Assembly (NCBI RefSeq): GCF_963921235.1
Contig: NC_086097.1
Span: forward strand, 214,708,001 to 214,772,000
From: Mobula hypostoma
Taxonomy: Eukaryota
Reading direction: 5' to 3'
DNA length: 64,000 nucleotides
A program made the position numbers and the translations under genes. This document shows positions 50,853 through 62,148 of the stretch, one piece after another. The notes under the pieces were generated by a model. The model worked only from the letters and a program-made list of their open reading frames with translations, was not told the origin of the DNA and ran no database searches. Position 1 is the first letter of the stretch. Each line of letters begins with the position of its first letter.

Positions 50853-51979
50853 TATATATAGTTAGGGTGCCTAAAGCTTTTGCACAGTACTGTCGTAATT
50901 ATGTATTGCACTGTACTATGCCAAAAAAAAAATCATGACATATGTGAGCGATGGCAAACTTGATTCTGATATGGGTCTCTATTGTGAACTGAGAGTGCGA
51001 AGGGGGCAGAGAGACGGGAATCTGGTTGGGAACAGGAGAAGTGAGAGGGGAGGGACCATGAAGTACCAGAGAGGCATTCTGCAGTAATCAATAAACCAAT
51101 TGTTTGGAATCAAATGACTTTGCCTGGAGTCTTAGGGCTGGGGGTGTCTGCACCCACACCACCTCCCGTCCCTGCAGTCCTTCCCTGCCACCTGTCCCAC
51201 ACCCCTCCAGCAACACTCGACCCTCGCCATTACCAAACTCCTTTGCTCCTGCCAGACTTACAAACTGACTCTCTGCTCCACGTTGACAAATTCAGTACTG
51301 TGCAGAAGTCTATGAGGCTATATGTACATGCCTAAGACTTTTGCACAGTACTGTATTTATTCATTACTGACAGATATATAATCAGTTACTTGCTACTCTA
51401 TCAAAAAAGTGTACCTTTTCACCTTCTTCCACAAAGATTAGTTTGGTTGTCTAAAATGCTTCTATTTTACCAACATTTAATTATTATAGAATTAAATCAG
51501 TTGTAAGAGCAGCTGAACATCATGTAGATGCCACTGTTAAGCTGTTCCTGTGAACAGTTTCGGTCCCAGCAGCAGGAACTGTGAATCAGGCAATGGTTCC
51601 CACAGCAAGAACTGTCAGTAGGTAATAGTTTAAAGTGAAGAGGTTACTGATGTAAACTGTTTCTGCTGTCAATAATATTAACCTGCAGGCAGGTCTGGAG
51701 CTAGAGTTTGAAATTTTATTAATCCTTAGGACCTTCAAGTTGTTGGAGTCAGGACCTGAGCATTAAACCTGCCACTGATACCTCACCAATTATAAAGCAA
51801 ATGGGTTGTATAAAGCACACAAGTCACACAACTTGCTTCCGTTCCTCTGAAATAATGGATAATTCTGCTGCCTCCAGGAATAAACTTGCAGCCTGCTGAC
51901 ACCATCACCTTCTATCCATTACACAAGACCTTCCCTGCCATTTACCTGGATGTCAGCATTTGGCACCTTCCAAACTCAA

Positions 51980-52590
51980 GTGGTGGTATTTTGAGGAAGT
52001 CACCAGGAAAATTGAGGAAGGAAAGGCAGTGGATATTGTCTATATGGACCTTAGGAAGGCCTTTGACAAGATCCTGTATGGGAGATTGGAAAAAAAGGTT
52101 CAAGATGAGGTAGTAAATTGAATTAGACATTGGTTTCATCAAAGAAGCCAGAGCGTGGTGGGAGAGGGTCGCCTCTCTGACTGGAGGCATGTGATTAGTA
52201 GTGTGTCACACGATCGATGCTGGGTCCATTGTTGTTTTTAATCTGTGTCAGTGATCTGGATGATAATTTGGTTAACTGGATCAACAAATTTATTGATGAC
52301 ACGAAGATTGGGGGTGTGGTGGACAGTCGGGAAGGCTGTCATGGATTAAGGGTGAATGTTTAAGGGAAACATGAGAGGGAAAGTCTTCACTCAGAGGATG
52401 GTAGGAGTGTGGAATGTGCTGCATCACAAATGGTGAATGTGTATTTGATTTCAATATATATGAGAAATCTGGGTATGTATATGGACCGGAAGGGTATGGA
52501 GGACTGTGGTTGATGGGACTAGGCAGATTAATGGTTCAGCATGAACTAGATGGGCCAAAAGGTCTGTTTCTGTGTTGTAGCATTCTATGA
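51980..52590 (+). mobile_element. CR1 fragments (RT and 3' end)
   Basis: gtggatattgtctatatggacc...aaggcctttgacaag; aaatttattgatgacacgaagattggg; CR1 tail ending ttctatga. Confidence 0.8.
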
Positions 52591-53240
52591 CACAAATAAA
52601 CCAATTTATGAATTTATATTGTGATCAAAAACTTCTGCTGCAGACATGTTGAATTAAAAGGCAAACTTAAGTTTGGAAAATTATTTGAAATGAAAGGCAT
52701 CCATTTACTAAAATAAGAAAGAAAAGTTTCAAAGACTTTCTTCATGAAATCAGCAAATGAAAAGCAACTTTTGAATGAGTTAACCAATCAGAGATGGACC
52801 TGCTCTCTCCCATCAGTAACCTCATTAATGTCATGCAAGAACTGTTGGTAACAAGGCCACCTATTGAGCTATTGCCCCAAGCAGTCATACCAGTTCAATT
52901 CCCTCCCCTCCAATTTGAGAGTTGGGCACTGTCTAGTGGGCAGTATGAGATAGACTTGGGAAAGGTGTGATACCAAAAGTTAGGTGTTATGTGAAAGCAA
53001 TATTGATGGTTGCACATGCTGCACTGGGGCTTCAGGCTCAGCGTTCACAAAAACATTGAGGTCCATTGGTGGGGGCCGTAACACATGCGCAGGGAATACT
53101 GGGCTGAGGAGTGTGCATGAATGCGTTAAAGAGGGCCTGCCTGCAGGAATTAATGCAGTGAGATCAATAGCGATGGATCAGGTGAGGCTGGACCTCTTAA
53201 AGAAATGCCGTGGTAGCTCATGTGTCAGATAAAGGATTAA

Positions 53241-54194
53241 AGCAACACTCACAAGACGCTGGAGGAACTCAGCAGATCGAGCAGCATCCGTGGAAATGAT
53301 GAGTAGACATTTTGGGCCGGAACCCTTCGTCAGGACTGAAGAGGGAAGGGGCAGAGGCCCTATAAAGAAGGTGGGGGGAGGGTTGGAAGGAGAAGGCTGG
53401 TAGGTTCAGTTGAAAAAACAGTAATTTGAAAGACGAAGGGATGGGGGAGGGGAAGCAGGGAGGTGATAGGCTGGAAAACAATGGGTAGTAGAAGGAGGCG
53501 GAACCATGAGGGAGGTGATAGGCAACTGGGGGAGGGGGCAGAGTGAAATAGGGATAGAGGAAGGGAGGGGGAGGGAATTACTGGAAGTTGGAGAATTCTA
53601 TGTTCGTACCAAGGGGCTGGAGACTACGTAGATGGTATATGAGGTGTTGCTCCTCCAACCTGAGTTTAGCCTCATCATGGCAGTAGAGGAGGCCATGTAT
53701 GGACATATCTGAATGGGAATGGGAAGCAGAGTTGAAGTGGGTGGCTACCGGGAGATCCTGTCTGTTGTGGCGGACAGAGCGGAGGTGCTCGACGAAGCGG
53801 TCCCCCATTCTGCGTCGGGTTTCACCGATGTAGAGGAGGCCGCACCAGATGCAATAGATGACCCCAACAGACTCACAAGTGAAGTGTTGTCTCACCTGGA
53901 AGGACTGTTTGGGGCCCTGAATGGTGGCAAGAGAGGAGGTGTAGGGACAGGTGTAGCACTTACGCTTACAGGGATAAGTGCTGGGTGGAGATCCGTGGGG
54001 AGGGACGTGTGGATAAGGGAGTCGCGGAGGGACCGATCCCTGCGGAAAGCAGAGAGGGGTGGAGAGGGAAAGATGTGCTTAGTGGTGGGGTCCTGTTGAA
54101 GGTGGCCGTAAACACAAAATGATCTGCAGATGCTGGGGTCAAAGTAACACTCACAACACGCTGGAGGAACTCAGCCGTAAACACAAAATAATCT
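53241..54194 (-). mobile_element. 5'-truncated Penelope-like element with GIY-YIG domain and TSD
   Basis: ORF 53578-53895 FTCESVGVIYCIWC..GLLYIGETRRRMGDRFVEH...VATHFN. Terminal repeat 53241-53340. TSD GATAAAGGATTAA (53228-53240) / GATAAAGGGTTAA (54195-54207). Confidence 0.95.
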
Positions 54195-54269
54195 GATAAA
54201 GGGTTAATACAGTTTAAGAGACTGGCATGAGTGCACAAGTGAGTTTTACACTGGTGAGGAAAGATTGTA

Positions 54270-54545
54270 TTGCTTCTGGCTATGAGGGATTTGTATGTTC
54301 TCCCCATGACCCCGTGGGTTTTCTCTGGGTGCTCCCATTTCCTCCCACATTCCAAATGACACACTGTTGAGGGTTAGTAAGCTGTTGGCGTGCTGTGTTG
54401 GTGCCACAGCCATGGCAACACTTTCAGGCTGCCCCCAGCACATCTTCAGGCTGTGTTGGTTGTTGACTCAAATGGTACCTTTCAGTGTAAGTTTCGATGT
54501 ACATGTAACAAATAAAGCTAATCTTTAAATCTCTTTAATCTTTAT
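54270..54545 (+). mobile_element. V-SINE (5' truncated)
   Basis: tttgtatgttctccccatgaccccgtgggttttctctgggtgctcc; tail aataaagctaatcttt(aatctt)n. Confidence 0.8.
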
Positions 54546-55751
54546 CATTGTAGGTTGCTTGACATTACTGAGCAAGTCCTGAGGTCACGTGCACAGAAGG
54601 ACTAAAACCATCTTATGCAACATGCACAATCATATTTAGCAATCAGTCCTTTAACTAAATTCTTTTCCACAGTGTATAAACCTCATGAAAAAATTTCTAG
54701 GTTTGAAAATTTGTTATAGTGAAAGATTCCGTTCTAACCCTTTTGTACTATTGCGCTGAAGGTACAAAAACAAAAGCTGTGCTTTGCCTTGTAAAGGTCA
54801 CACAAAATTTATTTGCAACAATAATTCAGGATTGAAGAATATATTCCTAACTCAGCCTGGAAATGAATGCGCTAAATTTTCCACACTGACAGGTATTTGG
54901 CAACAGGAAGACAAATGAATGTGCACAAATATTTATCACACACAGTGCTGCGGCACTGAATGTATTCTTCAGCTGGGAAGTAAATTTCAACTGCAATTGA
55001 AAGCTACATCTTGTTTTGCCTGACAGGTTTTATATTCCAGTTATTCCTTGTGTGGTACTGTGCTGGTAAAGGAGCAGAGTCCACATTAATTTGTGCTCGT
55101 GACATTTACACTGCTGTCCCATTAAAGGGAGAGCCTGTAGGAGTTGTCAGTGTATAGCAAGTGTGTTTGGAGGCTGAATGCTAAACAAAAGTTATTACCT
55201 CTCCTCCAAGCCTGCTTAGGTCTGTCTATTCAAGCAATAGCCAGAATAAATTAAATTCATTAGCCTTCTATTTGGCAAGCGTGAGACAAGATTCCAAAAC
55301 AATCCCGAAACAAATTCTGTATCTCTTTGCCTGCTGATGGTGGATTTCAAGTCAGCTCCCCAAATTATACAGCAAGACCTCCGCTGTGATAAATGGCCGC
55401 TGTCTAAATTGTAATAATCATCAACCCCTTTACTAATTTATTTCCTCTCAGTCTTCCAGTTTTTACCTAATAGCCCTGAATCTTGCTGGGGTGTTATTCC
55501 CTGGGCAAGGACTTGCATCTGGTATTTCACTCAGGCATTCAAGATAATTGATAACCCTCTTTTTATGCATCTAATTCGGGTGTGTACATTGGCGTTCATT
55601 GAAATATTTCAACACAGTGCTCCAGAAACCAGTGAGGGTCTCTGCAACATGTACGGATACTAACCTGGAGTTGTGATGAGGGCAAGTTTGTTTTCTCTAA
55701 AGTTAATGATTAATCAAATGTTATAAACAATACGCAGTTAAATTACACAGT

Positions 55752-55952
55752 CCATAAGATATAACAGCAGAATTAGGCCATTCAGCCCATCATGTCTGCC
55801 CTGTCATTCCATCATGGCTGAATTATTAACCCTTTCAACCCCAATCTCCTGCCTTCTCCCTGTAATCTTTGACACCCTTTCTAAGCAGGAATCTATCAAT
55901 CTCTGCTTTAAGTATATCCAATGACTTTGCCTCCACAGCCGGCTGTGGGCTG
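55752..55952 (-). mobile_element. CR1 3' end
   Basis: cataagatataacagcagaattaggccattcagccc...ctcctgccttctccc, as at 37768 and 17375. Confidence 0.85.
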
Positions 55953-56676
55953 AATAATCAGTGGTGCTCAAAGTAATAGCCATTTCAAAGATAGGTTTTC
56001 GAAAAAGTTTTGCCTGTACCTTCTCCAGACTGCTGATCTAAGTGAAAATTGTAGGGTACACTTGATTACCTCGTCACACCTGCCCACTGCCACCTCAGGT
56101 CCTCTTTAGCAGCTGTAAAACAATGTACTCTCCACCTGAGTTCTGATCACCTCTGTCTAGATCACAGAATTGACTCCCATTCTGATCATCCAGCTGACTC
56201 TGTTCTCCCTTCATCCCTATCCACTGTTCACTTGATCTGATTGCATCTCCTTCTCTTTCAACCAGCCATTCAGGGATTGCCTCAAATGATGCATCAAGCC
56301 AAAATTCAAATGCAATCATATACAGGGGTTGATTATGGTGCCTGAAATGATTTTTTTTTCTAGTCTAGCAAATTTGATAGGTGTTCGGGCCTCTCTTCAT
56401 TAATAAAATTGTTGTAAACATTTTCACAGTTTTCCTTCAAGTTGTTCAGAGGTTCTTGGCAAGATGGTGAGGTATCTGGTGAAAGAACAGGAAATTGTGG
56501 GAGCATTTGGAAACAGATATGCATGATGTCCCAATACGATCCAAGCAGAGAGCAACAGGAGATTCTCTGGCAAAGCAATTAAAATAGTGATGACAAAACA
56601 AATTGGTGTTGAAGCAACACACATAAAGTTTGCTGGTGAACGCAGCAGGTCAAGCAGAATCTATAGGAAGAGGCAC

Positions 56677-56712
56677 AGTCGACATTTCGGACTGAGACCC
56701 TTCGTCAGGACT
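56677..56712 (-). ncRNA. Minimal type-I hammerhead motif, weakened stems
   Basis: Minus strand AGTC-CTGACGA-agggtctcagtcc-GAAA-T-GTC-GACT. Confidence 0.55.
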
Positions 56713-56735
56713 AACTGAAAGATCTTCTTTCAGTT

Positions 56736-56771
56736 AGTCCTGATGAAGGGTCTAGGCCTGAAACGTCGACT
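56736..56771 (+). ncRNA. Minimal type-I hammerhead ribozyme, intact core
   Basis: Stem I AGTC/GACT, core CTGATGA (56740-56746), stem II GGGT ctag GCCT, GAAA (56760-56763), ACGT palindromic stem III. GUC cleavage is predicted after C56767. Confidence 0.75.
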
Positions 56772-58169
56772 GTACCTCTTCCGAGATGCTGCTTGACCTG
56801 CTGCGTTCACCGGCAACTTTTATGTGTGTTGCTTGAAATTCCAGCATCTGCATATTTCCTCGTGTTTGGTGTTGAAGCATTAACTGCCATTCCTGTGGTA
56901 GAGAGCATTGCCAGTTGCTGCCTTACCTTGCCCCTACTCGTGCAGTTGGTCCACTTTACCGGTGCTGCAAGCAACATGTGGCTGGTTGATGGTGCAGTGG
57001 CATCCCCACCAGACTTCAAGGCACGCTGTCCCAGATTCCTTGCATGCTTTCCATCCATGTTGGATTGAGGTCAAGCTAGCAACTCATCCTTTTTTTTAAA
57101 AAAAAAACGCAGACAAACGAGAAAGAAACGGCTGCCTGACGCACCTCAAGGTGTGGAGAGGAGCAACAAGGTAACATCAAGCAGTAGATTTCTATGTGAC
57201 TTCAAATGTTCAGTGGCCTTTTGGACATATTCTGTCCAGCTACTCTGGAGTAGCAGTTCCTTCTGGTAACAGGTTAGAGCTCAACTCAAATCCTTCTGAG
57301 AACCTGCTATGTACTCACTTTTCTGGCTTTGAATCCTAATTTGTCTGGTTTCACTGTCAGCAAGTGAATTAACCAACTGCACGCCTTGAGGATGCACAGT
57401 ACCAGGAAACTGGAGCATCTGGTGGAAATCTAATTGGTCACTTGGAGAATGGTGCTGTTTATGTAGAACTGCTCGTATTTCAGGACTGGACCCATATCAT
57501 TGGGACTACGGGACCCCACTTTGCCATCCTAGTATTTTGCTTTGTGGCATGAAATAATTTTTCTTTGGATTCATGACATTGAATGCACCATAGACATTTA
57601 ACTTGGTCATTCTGCCCCTCATTATCCCCCTGTACAATGTTTCACTTTCGACAACTAATCGACATGATAATGCACTAGCCACATGAACTATCATCCTGCT
57701 CCACATCATCAAAACCCACTCCCTTTGACGATATAATAACAGAAAGGATCCCTTTTGGAAAATATTTCTTTTGATTCATTTCTATATCATCTTAAATTTG
57801 ATGACCTGGTTTCATTTTCCTTTTAATCTCCCTTCAGCAAGGGGTGTACATGGAAGGAAAGAAGGAGGAAGCATGAAAAGCTTATTAGATGCTGAAGGTG
57901 AGGCATTTACTTATAAAAATCTGTGCTGCCATTTTCCTCACGTGAGCCAATTCACCAAAAAGTTTATTTAAAAAAGTTCTCCCAGATTTTGCTAAAAATA
58001 CATGCCAGTATTATGAATATGACATGATATTGTGAAAAACTATGAGAAAATATACACTTAGCTCATTTTTTGAACTGATGCAATTGATCATGCATCCCTT
58101 GTGAAGTAATAGTAGTAATACACAGTGTAGATAACACCTACTGTATGCAGCATACACTGGCAATGATAT

Positions 58170-58390
58170 TCAATGGATTCTGGTTAATTGGGCCTTCAGT
58201 TAATTGGCAGCCACTTATTTGGAACAACTCTTAAAGAACAAAACCTAATCAAGGAAAATAGCCAGGATTTCTTTCATTTATTTGGCACTCTGTGCCACTT
58301 AATTGGGACAGGAGACCATTGCCTAGCAGTTTCTCACTAGCGTGCATTTGTATGGCCTTTAGTTACTACAATGTGCTTAGTCTCCACCCT
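58170..58390. mobile_element. Probable Tc1/pogo-type MITE fragment
   Basis: caatggattctggttaattggg...cttaattgggacagg with repeated ttaattgg subterminal motifs; second TIR not located. Confidence 0.35.
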
Positions 58391-58559
58391 AAGCCTAATA
58401 TGTCATAGCATGGATGCCATAATCTTAATCACTAGATCTACTGCAACCCCAATTTTAGCACAGCCATGCATCAAGCAATATTTTCTCATTCATTCTCATT
58501 GCATTACTGTACCTCAAATCCAACAGGCTTTCCACTACAACATAGTTAATGTACAGTCA

Positions 58560-59220
58560 AATATTGACTTCCTCATCAGGAAACCATAGGCAGTGTGGAT
58601 CAGAAGTAACATCTCCTCTTCGCTGACAATCAACACCAGCGCAGCTCAAAGATGCATGCTTAGCCCACTGCTTTGCTCTCTAAACACCCATGACAGTGTG
58701 GTTAGGAGCAGCTCAAACACCATCCGTAAATTTGCTAATGATACAGCTGTTGACAGAATCTCTGATGGTGACGAGGTGGTGTACAGGAGTGAGATAGATC
58801 AGTTGGTTAAGTGGTGTCAGCCTTGCACTCAGCATCAGTAAGACCAAGGAATTGATTGTGGATTTCAAGAAGGGGAAGTCAAGGGAACACACACCAGTCG
58901 TCATCGAGGGGTCAGCAGTAGAAAGGGTGAACAGTTTCAAGTTCATGGGTGTCAACATCTCTAGGCCCAACGTACTGATGCAATTACAAAGTAAGCACAA
59001 CAGCAAGTATATTTGATTGGGAGTTTGAGGAGACTTGGTATGTCAATGAAGAGTCTCGCAGATGCACTGTGGAGAACATTCTAGTTGTTTGCATCACTGT
59101 CTGCTATGGAGGGGCCGTGCACAAGATCGGAAAAAGCTGCAGAAGATTGCAAAATTAGCCAGCTCCATCATGGGTGTTAGCCTCTGAAACCTCAAAAAGG
59201 CGGCTAATAGTGTCCTGATA
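58560..59220 (+). mobile_element. Rex1 RT fragment
   Basis: CMLSPLLCSL.THD, KFANDT and taagaccaaggaattgattgtggatttc (KTKELIVDF). Confidence 0.9.
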
Positions 59221-59589
59221 GTAAAGGTCCAATGACCCCAGAAGGTGTGAAGCAATTCCAGGATCTTTGAAGCCACCTCTTTTACACATGATGAAGGTCA
59301 AAATTAGTTACATACATCAAATTTCTGCTTTTGTTATTGAACCAACATCAGTGCCCTCCTCCTGGCTAATACTTCCAGTATCAAGGATTTAATTGCAACT
59401 TTTCAAACCACATCTTTCTGAAGCAGGAACTTTTGTATGAGCTTCATCACAGCAATAAATTACCAGTTGAACAAATAAAAAAGAGGATAGAAGATATTTC
59501 TCTGCATTATTTCTGAAACTGTAAGTTCATTGAATGCAATTAAATACTCTAATTAGTCAGCAACTGAATTACAATTGTATCCTTCATGA

Positions 59590-60066
59590 TTCTGTGAATG
59601 AAAGCGTTATCATACGAGGAATGTTAGATAGTTCTGGGTGTCTGTACTTGCCGGAATTTAGAAGGATGAGGGGGAATCTCATTGAAACCTTTTGAATGTT
59701 GAAAAGCCTAGACAGATTAGATGTGGAAAGATTGTTTCCTGAGGTGAGAGAGTCTACGACAGGAGGGCACAGCCTCAGGATAGAGGGGCATCCATTTAAA
59801 ACTGAGATGCGGAGAAATTTCTTTAGCCAGCTGGTGAAAAATTTGTGGAATTTATTAGCAGAGACAGCTGTGGAGGGCAGGTCATTGGATGTATTTAAGG
59901 CAGAGCTTGATAGGTTCTTGTTTGGACGTGACATCAAAGGTACAGGGAGAAGGCCGGGGAGTGGGGCTGAGGAAGGGAAAGAAAGGATCGGCCATGATTG
60001 AATGGTGGAGCAGATTCAATGAGCCAAATGGTTTAATTCTGCTCCTGTGTCTTATGGTCTTATGGT
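59590..60066 (+). mobile_element. CR1 3' end
   Basis: LDRLDVERLFP...GHSLRIEG...RRNFFSQ; (TCTTATGG)2 tail. Confidence 0.9.
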
Positions 60067-61159
60067 ATCATTCATATACCAGAAAATGAACCAAACAGTC
60101 CTTGTTCTTTTTATTTTATCCAGCATTTTCCATATTCCTATAAAATAGTGCAAGTGGGCAACCCCTAGCTTATTGCATTGATCTTGATCATGAAGGATGG
60201 GGCTGCCTGGTCCTATATGTTATGGTCAAAAATGTTCATATATTCCTCACACATAGCTTGCCATTTACACATTAACTTTAAGGATTACTATAACAGTTTT
60301 GAAATTCAAGTGAATTATTATGTTGTCCTCTCCTTATTGTTCTCATTAATACTTCGTTTGGCTTTATTTCTCTTTATATTTCTCACTAGATCAATTCTTT
60401 TTTAACTTTCTGTCCTAAGTTTGACTTTCATTCACTTATTTCCTTTGCTGTCTTTTGCTTCCTTTCTCGATCCATTTATTTCATGGTCCAGTGAGCTAAC
60501 TCAGTGTGTATGATACATGTGAGATCCCAGACATTGACAGGGCTGAGGTGATGTCAGATCAATATCAGCAATTTGAGTTGTGCATACAGTGTGACAAATC
60601 AAAAAAGTCTAATTAATGTTGTTTGGCTTAAGATGTAGCAATACAGGAATCCCCTGCTCTGTCGCTCTTATAAAATTATTGAAAAGCATGCCATGAAGCT
60701 TTAGAAATGTATTTGTTTAGGTAATTGATGCAATTAAAAAGCTGTAAAATCTTACAGTTTTTATAATAGGGTAAATTGCTCCTGCACCATATTTAACCCA
60801 ATACATCACCCAACCATTCAATAGATGACTGAAGCACACCCAAAAGACATAATAATTCATCCATCAATACATTTGTGTTTTTAATAATGCACTACATGGA
60901 GCCATCATGAACTGAGAAGGTTTGATTTCTTTTCTACAGTCTGACGATTATATTTACACTGGTCTATAAATAAACCAATTCTTGGAAATATAGTAAGGGT
61001 AATTGCACCCAAACCCTGACACCTGAAAGCTAATGCCTGGCTGAACATTGCAGAGTGGATATGCAAACATTCCTGTGAGCTTGTTTAATGGCTCCACTGT
61101 GAACGATAACCAGCAACCACTCTATAACAAGAGGATGAAGAAAATATTGTCTCAGCACA

Positions 61160-61740
61160 ATGGGGCAGCTAGTAGAATTGCTCTCTCGTAGTGCCAGCAA
61201 CTCGGGTTCAATCCTGACCTCTGGTGTTGCCTGTGGGGAGTTTGCAGTTTCTCTCCGTGACCGTGTTGGGTGACACATGGTAGCGTAGTGGCTAGCACAG
61301 CGCTTTTCAGTACAGGCACTCAAGTTCAATTCCAGTCACTGCCTGTTAGGAGTTTGTATGTTCTCCCCATGACAGCGTGAGTTTTCTCTGGGTGCTCTGT
61401 TTTTCTCCCATAGTCAAAAGGTGTACCGGTTGATAGGTTAATTGGTCATTGTAATTTGTTCCATGGTTAGTCTAGAATTAAAATTAGGGGATCGCTTGGT
61501 GGCGTTGCTGGAATGGCTTCATCCACGCTGTATCTCAATAAATAAATAAATGGTGTTTTCGTCGGGTTGTTCCAGATCCCTCTCTCATCCCAAAGGCATT
61601 CAGGTTCGTAGGCCAGTTGGCCGGTGTAAATTGGTCCTAGGATGAATCTGGGTAGAGATTGGGGTTAATGAGAGTGCAGGAGAATAAAAAGTGAGATTAA
61701 TGTAGTAGGTCAACATGGACGTGGCTTGTTTACTGCTCTA
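61160..61740 (+). mobile_element. V-SINE with a second V-SINE nested at ~61268-61550
   Basis: The outer copy breaks after ctctccgtgaccgtgttggg and resumes at tggtgttttcgtcggg. The inner copy has its own tRNA-like head, V domain and (TAAA)n tail. Confidence 0.8.
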
Positions 61741-62058
61741 AAATATTTCTGTGTTACATTCCAATAGCAGTAAAGCAATGTCATTTGCAACAATTTATTG
61801 TTGAATGAATTTACTTCACCAATTTGCAAAAACTGGAACCAGTACCTGCAATGTCATTGATGTTTAGTATTCCGACTGAAAAATATCTACAGAGCTCGTG
61901 GCAACAGTTACATCTGAACAAAATGTTAGTTGTCCAGTGTCTTTTTCAGACACTGTGAGAAATAGTGAATCTCAATAAAAGATCCTGTGCATTGGTTCTA
62001 GATGTTTTACCGTGTTATTCCCCCTGCCCCCCCCCCAGAAAATAATTGTAACTGTTAA

Positions 62059-62148
62059 GCAACACACATCAAAGTTGCTGGTGAACGCAGCAGGCCAGGC
62101 AGCATCTCTCGGAAGAGGTACAGTCGACGTTTCAGGCCGAGACCCTCA
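62059..62148 (-). mobile_element. 90-bp Penelope-like terminal-repeat insertion with perfect TSD
   Basis: TAACTGTTAA at 62049-62058 and 62149-62158; insert nearly identical to 45325-45411. Confidence 0.9.

Larger units (their letters stand above)
49206..51353. mobile_element. Composite Tc1-type MITE (two TIR hairpin units around a ~400-bp core) hosting a Tc1
   Basis: CAGTACTGTGCAAAAGTCTTAGG at 49206 with an inverse at 50870-50892; a second pair at ~51292 and 51331-51353, followed by TA. Confidence 0.8.
56612..56865. mobile_element. Palindromic Penelope-like terminal-repeat insertion with TSD
   Basis: Arms 56612-56721 and 56727-56834 with a 5-nt spacer. TTGGTGTTGAAGCA is duplicated at 56603-56616 and 56866-56879. 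Confidence 0.9.

Noticed and set aside
57112..57170. Possible micro-exon (cgcag|...aag|gtaaca)
   Set aside because: The acceptor is preceded by an A-run rather than pyrimidines, and I found no partner exons.
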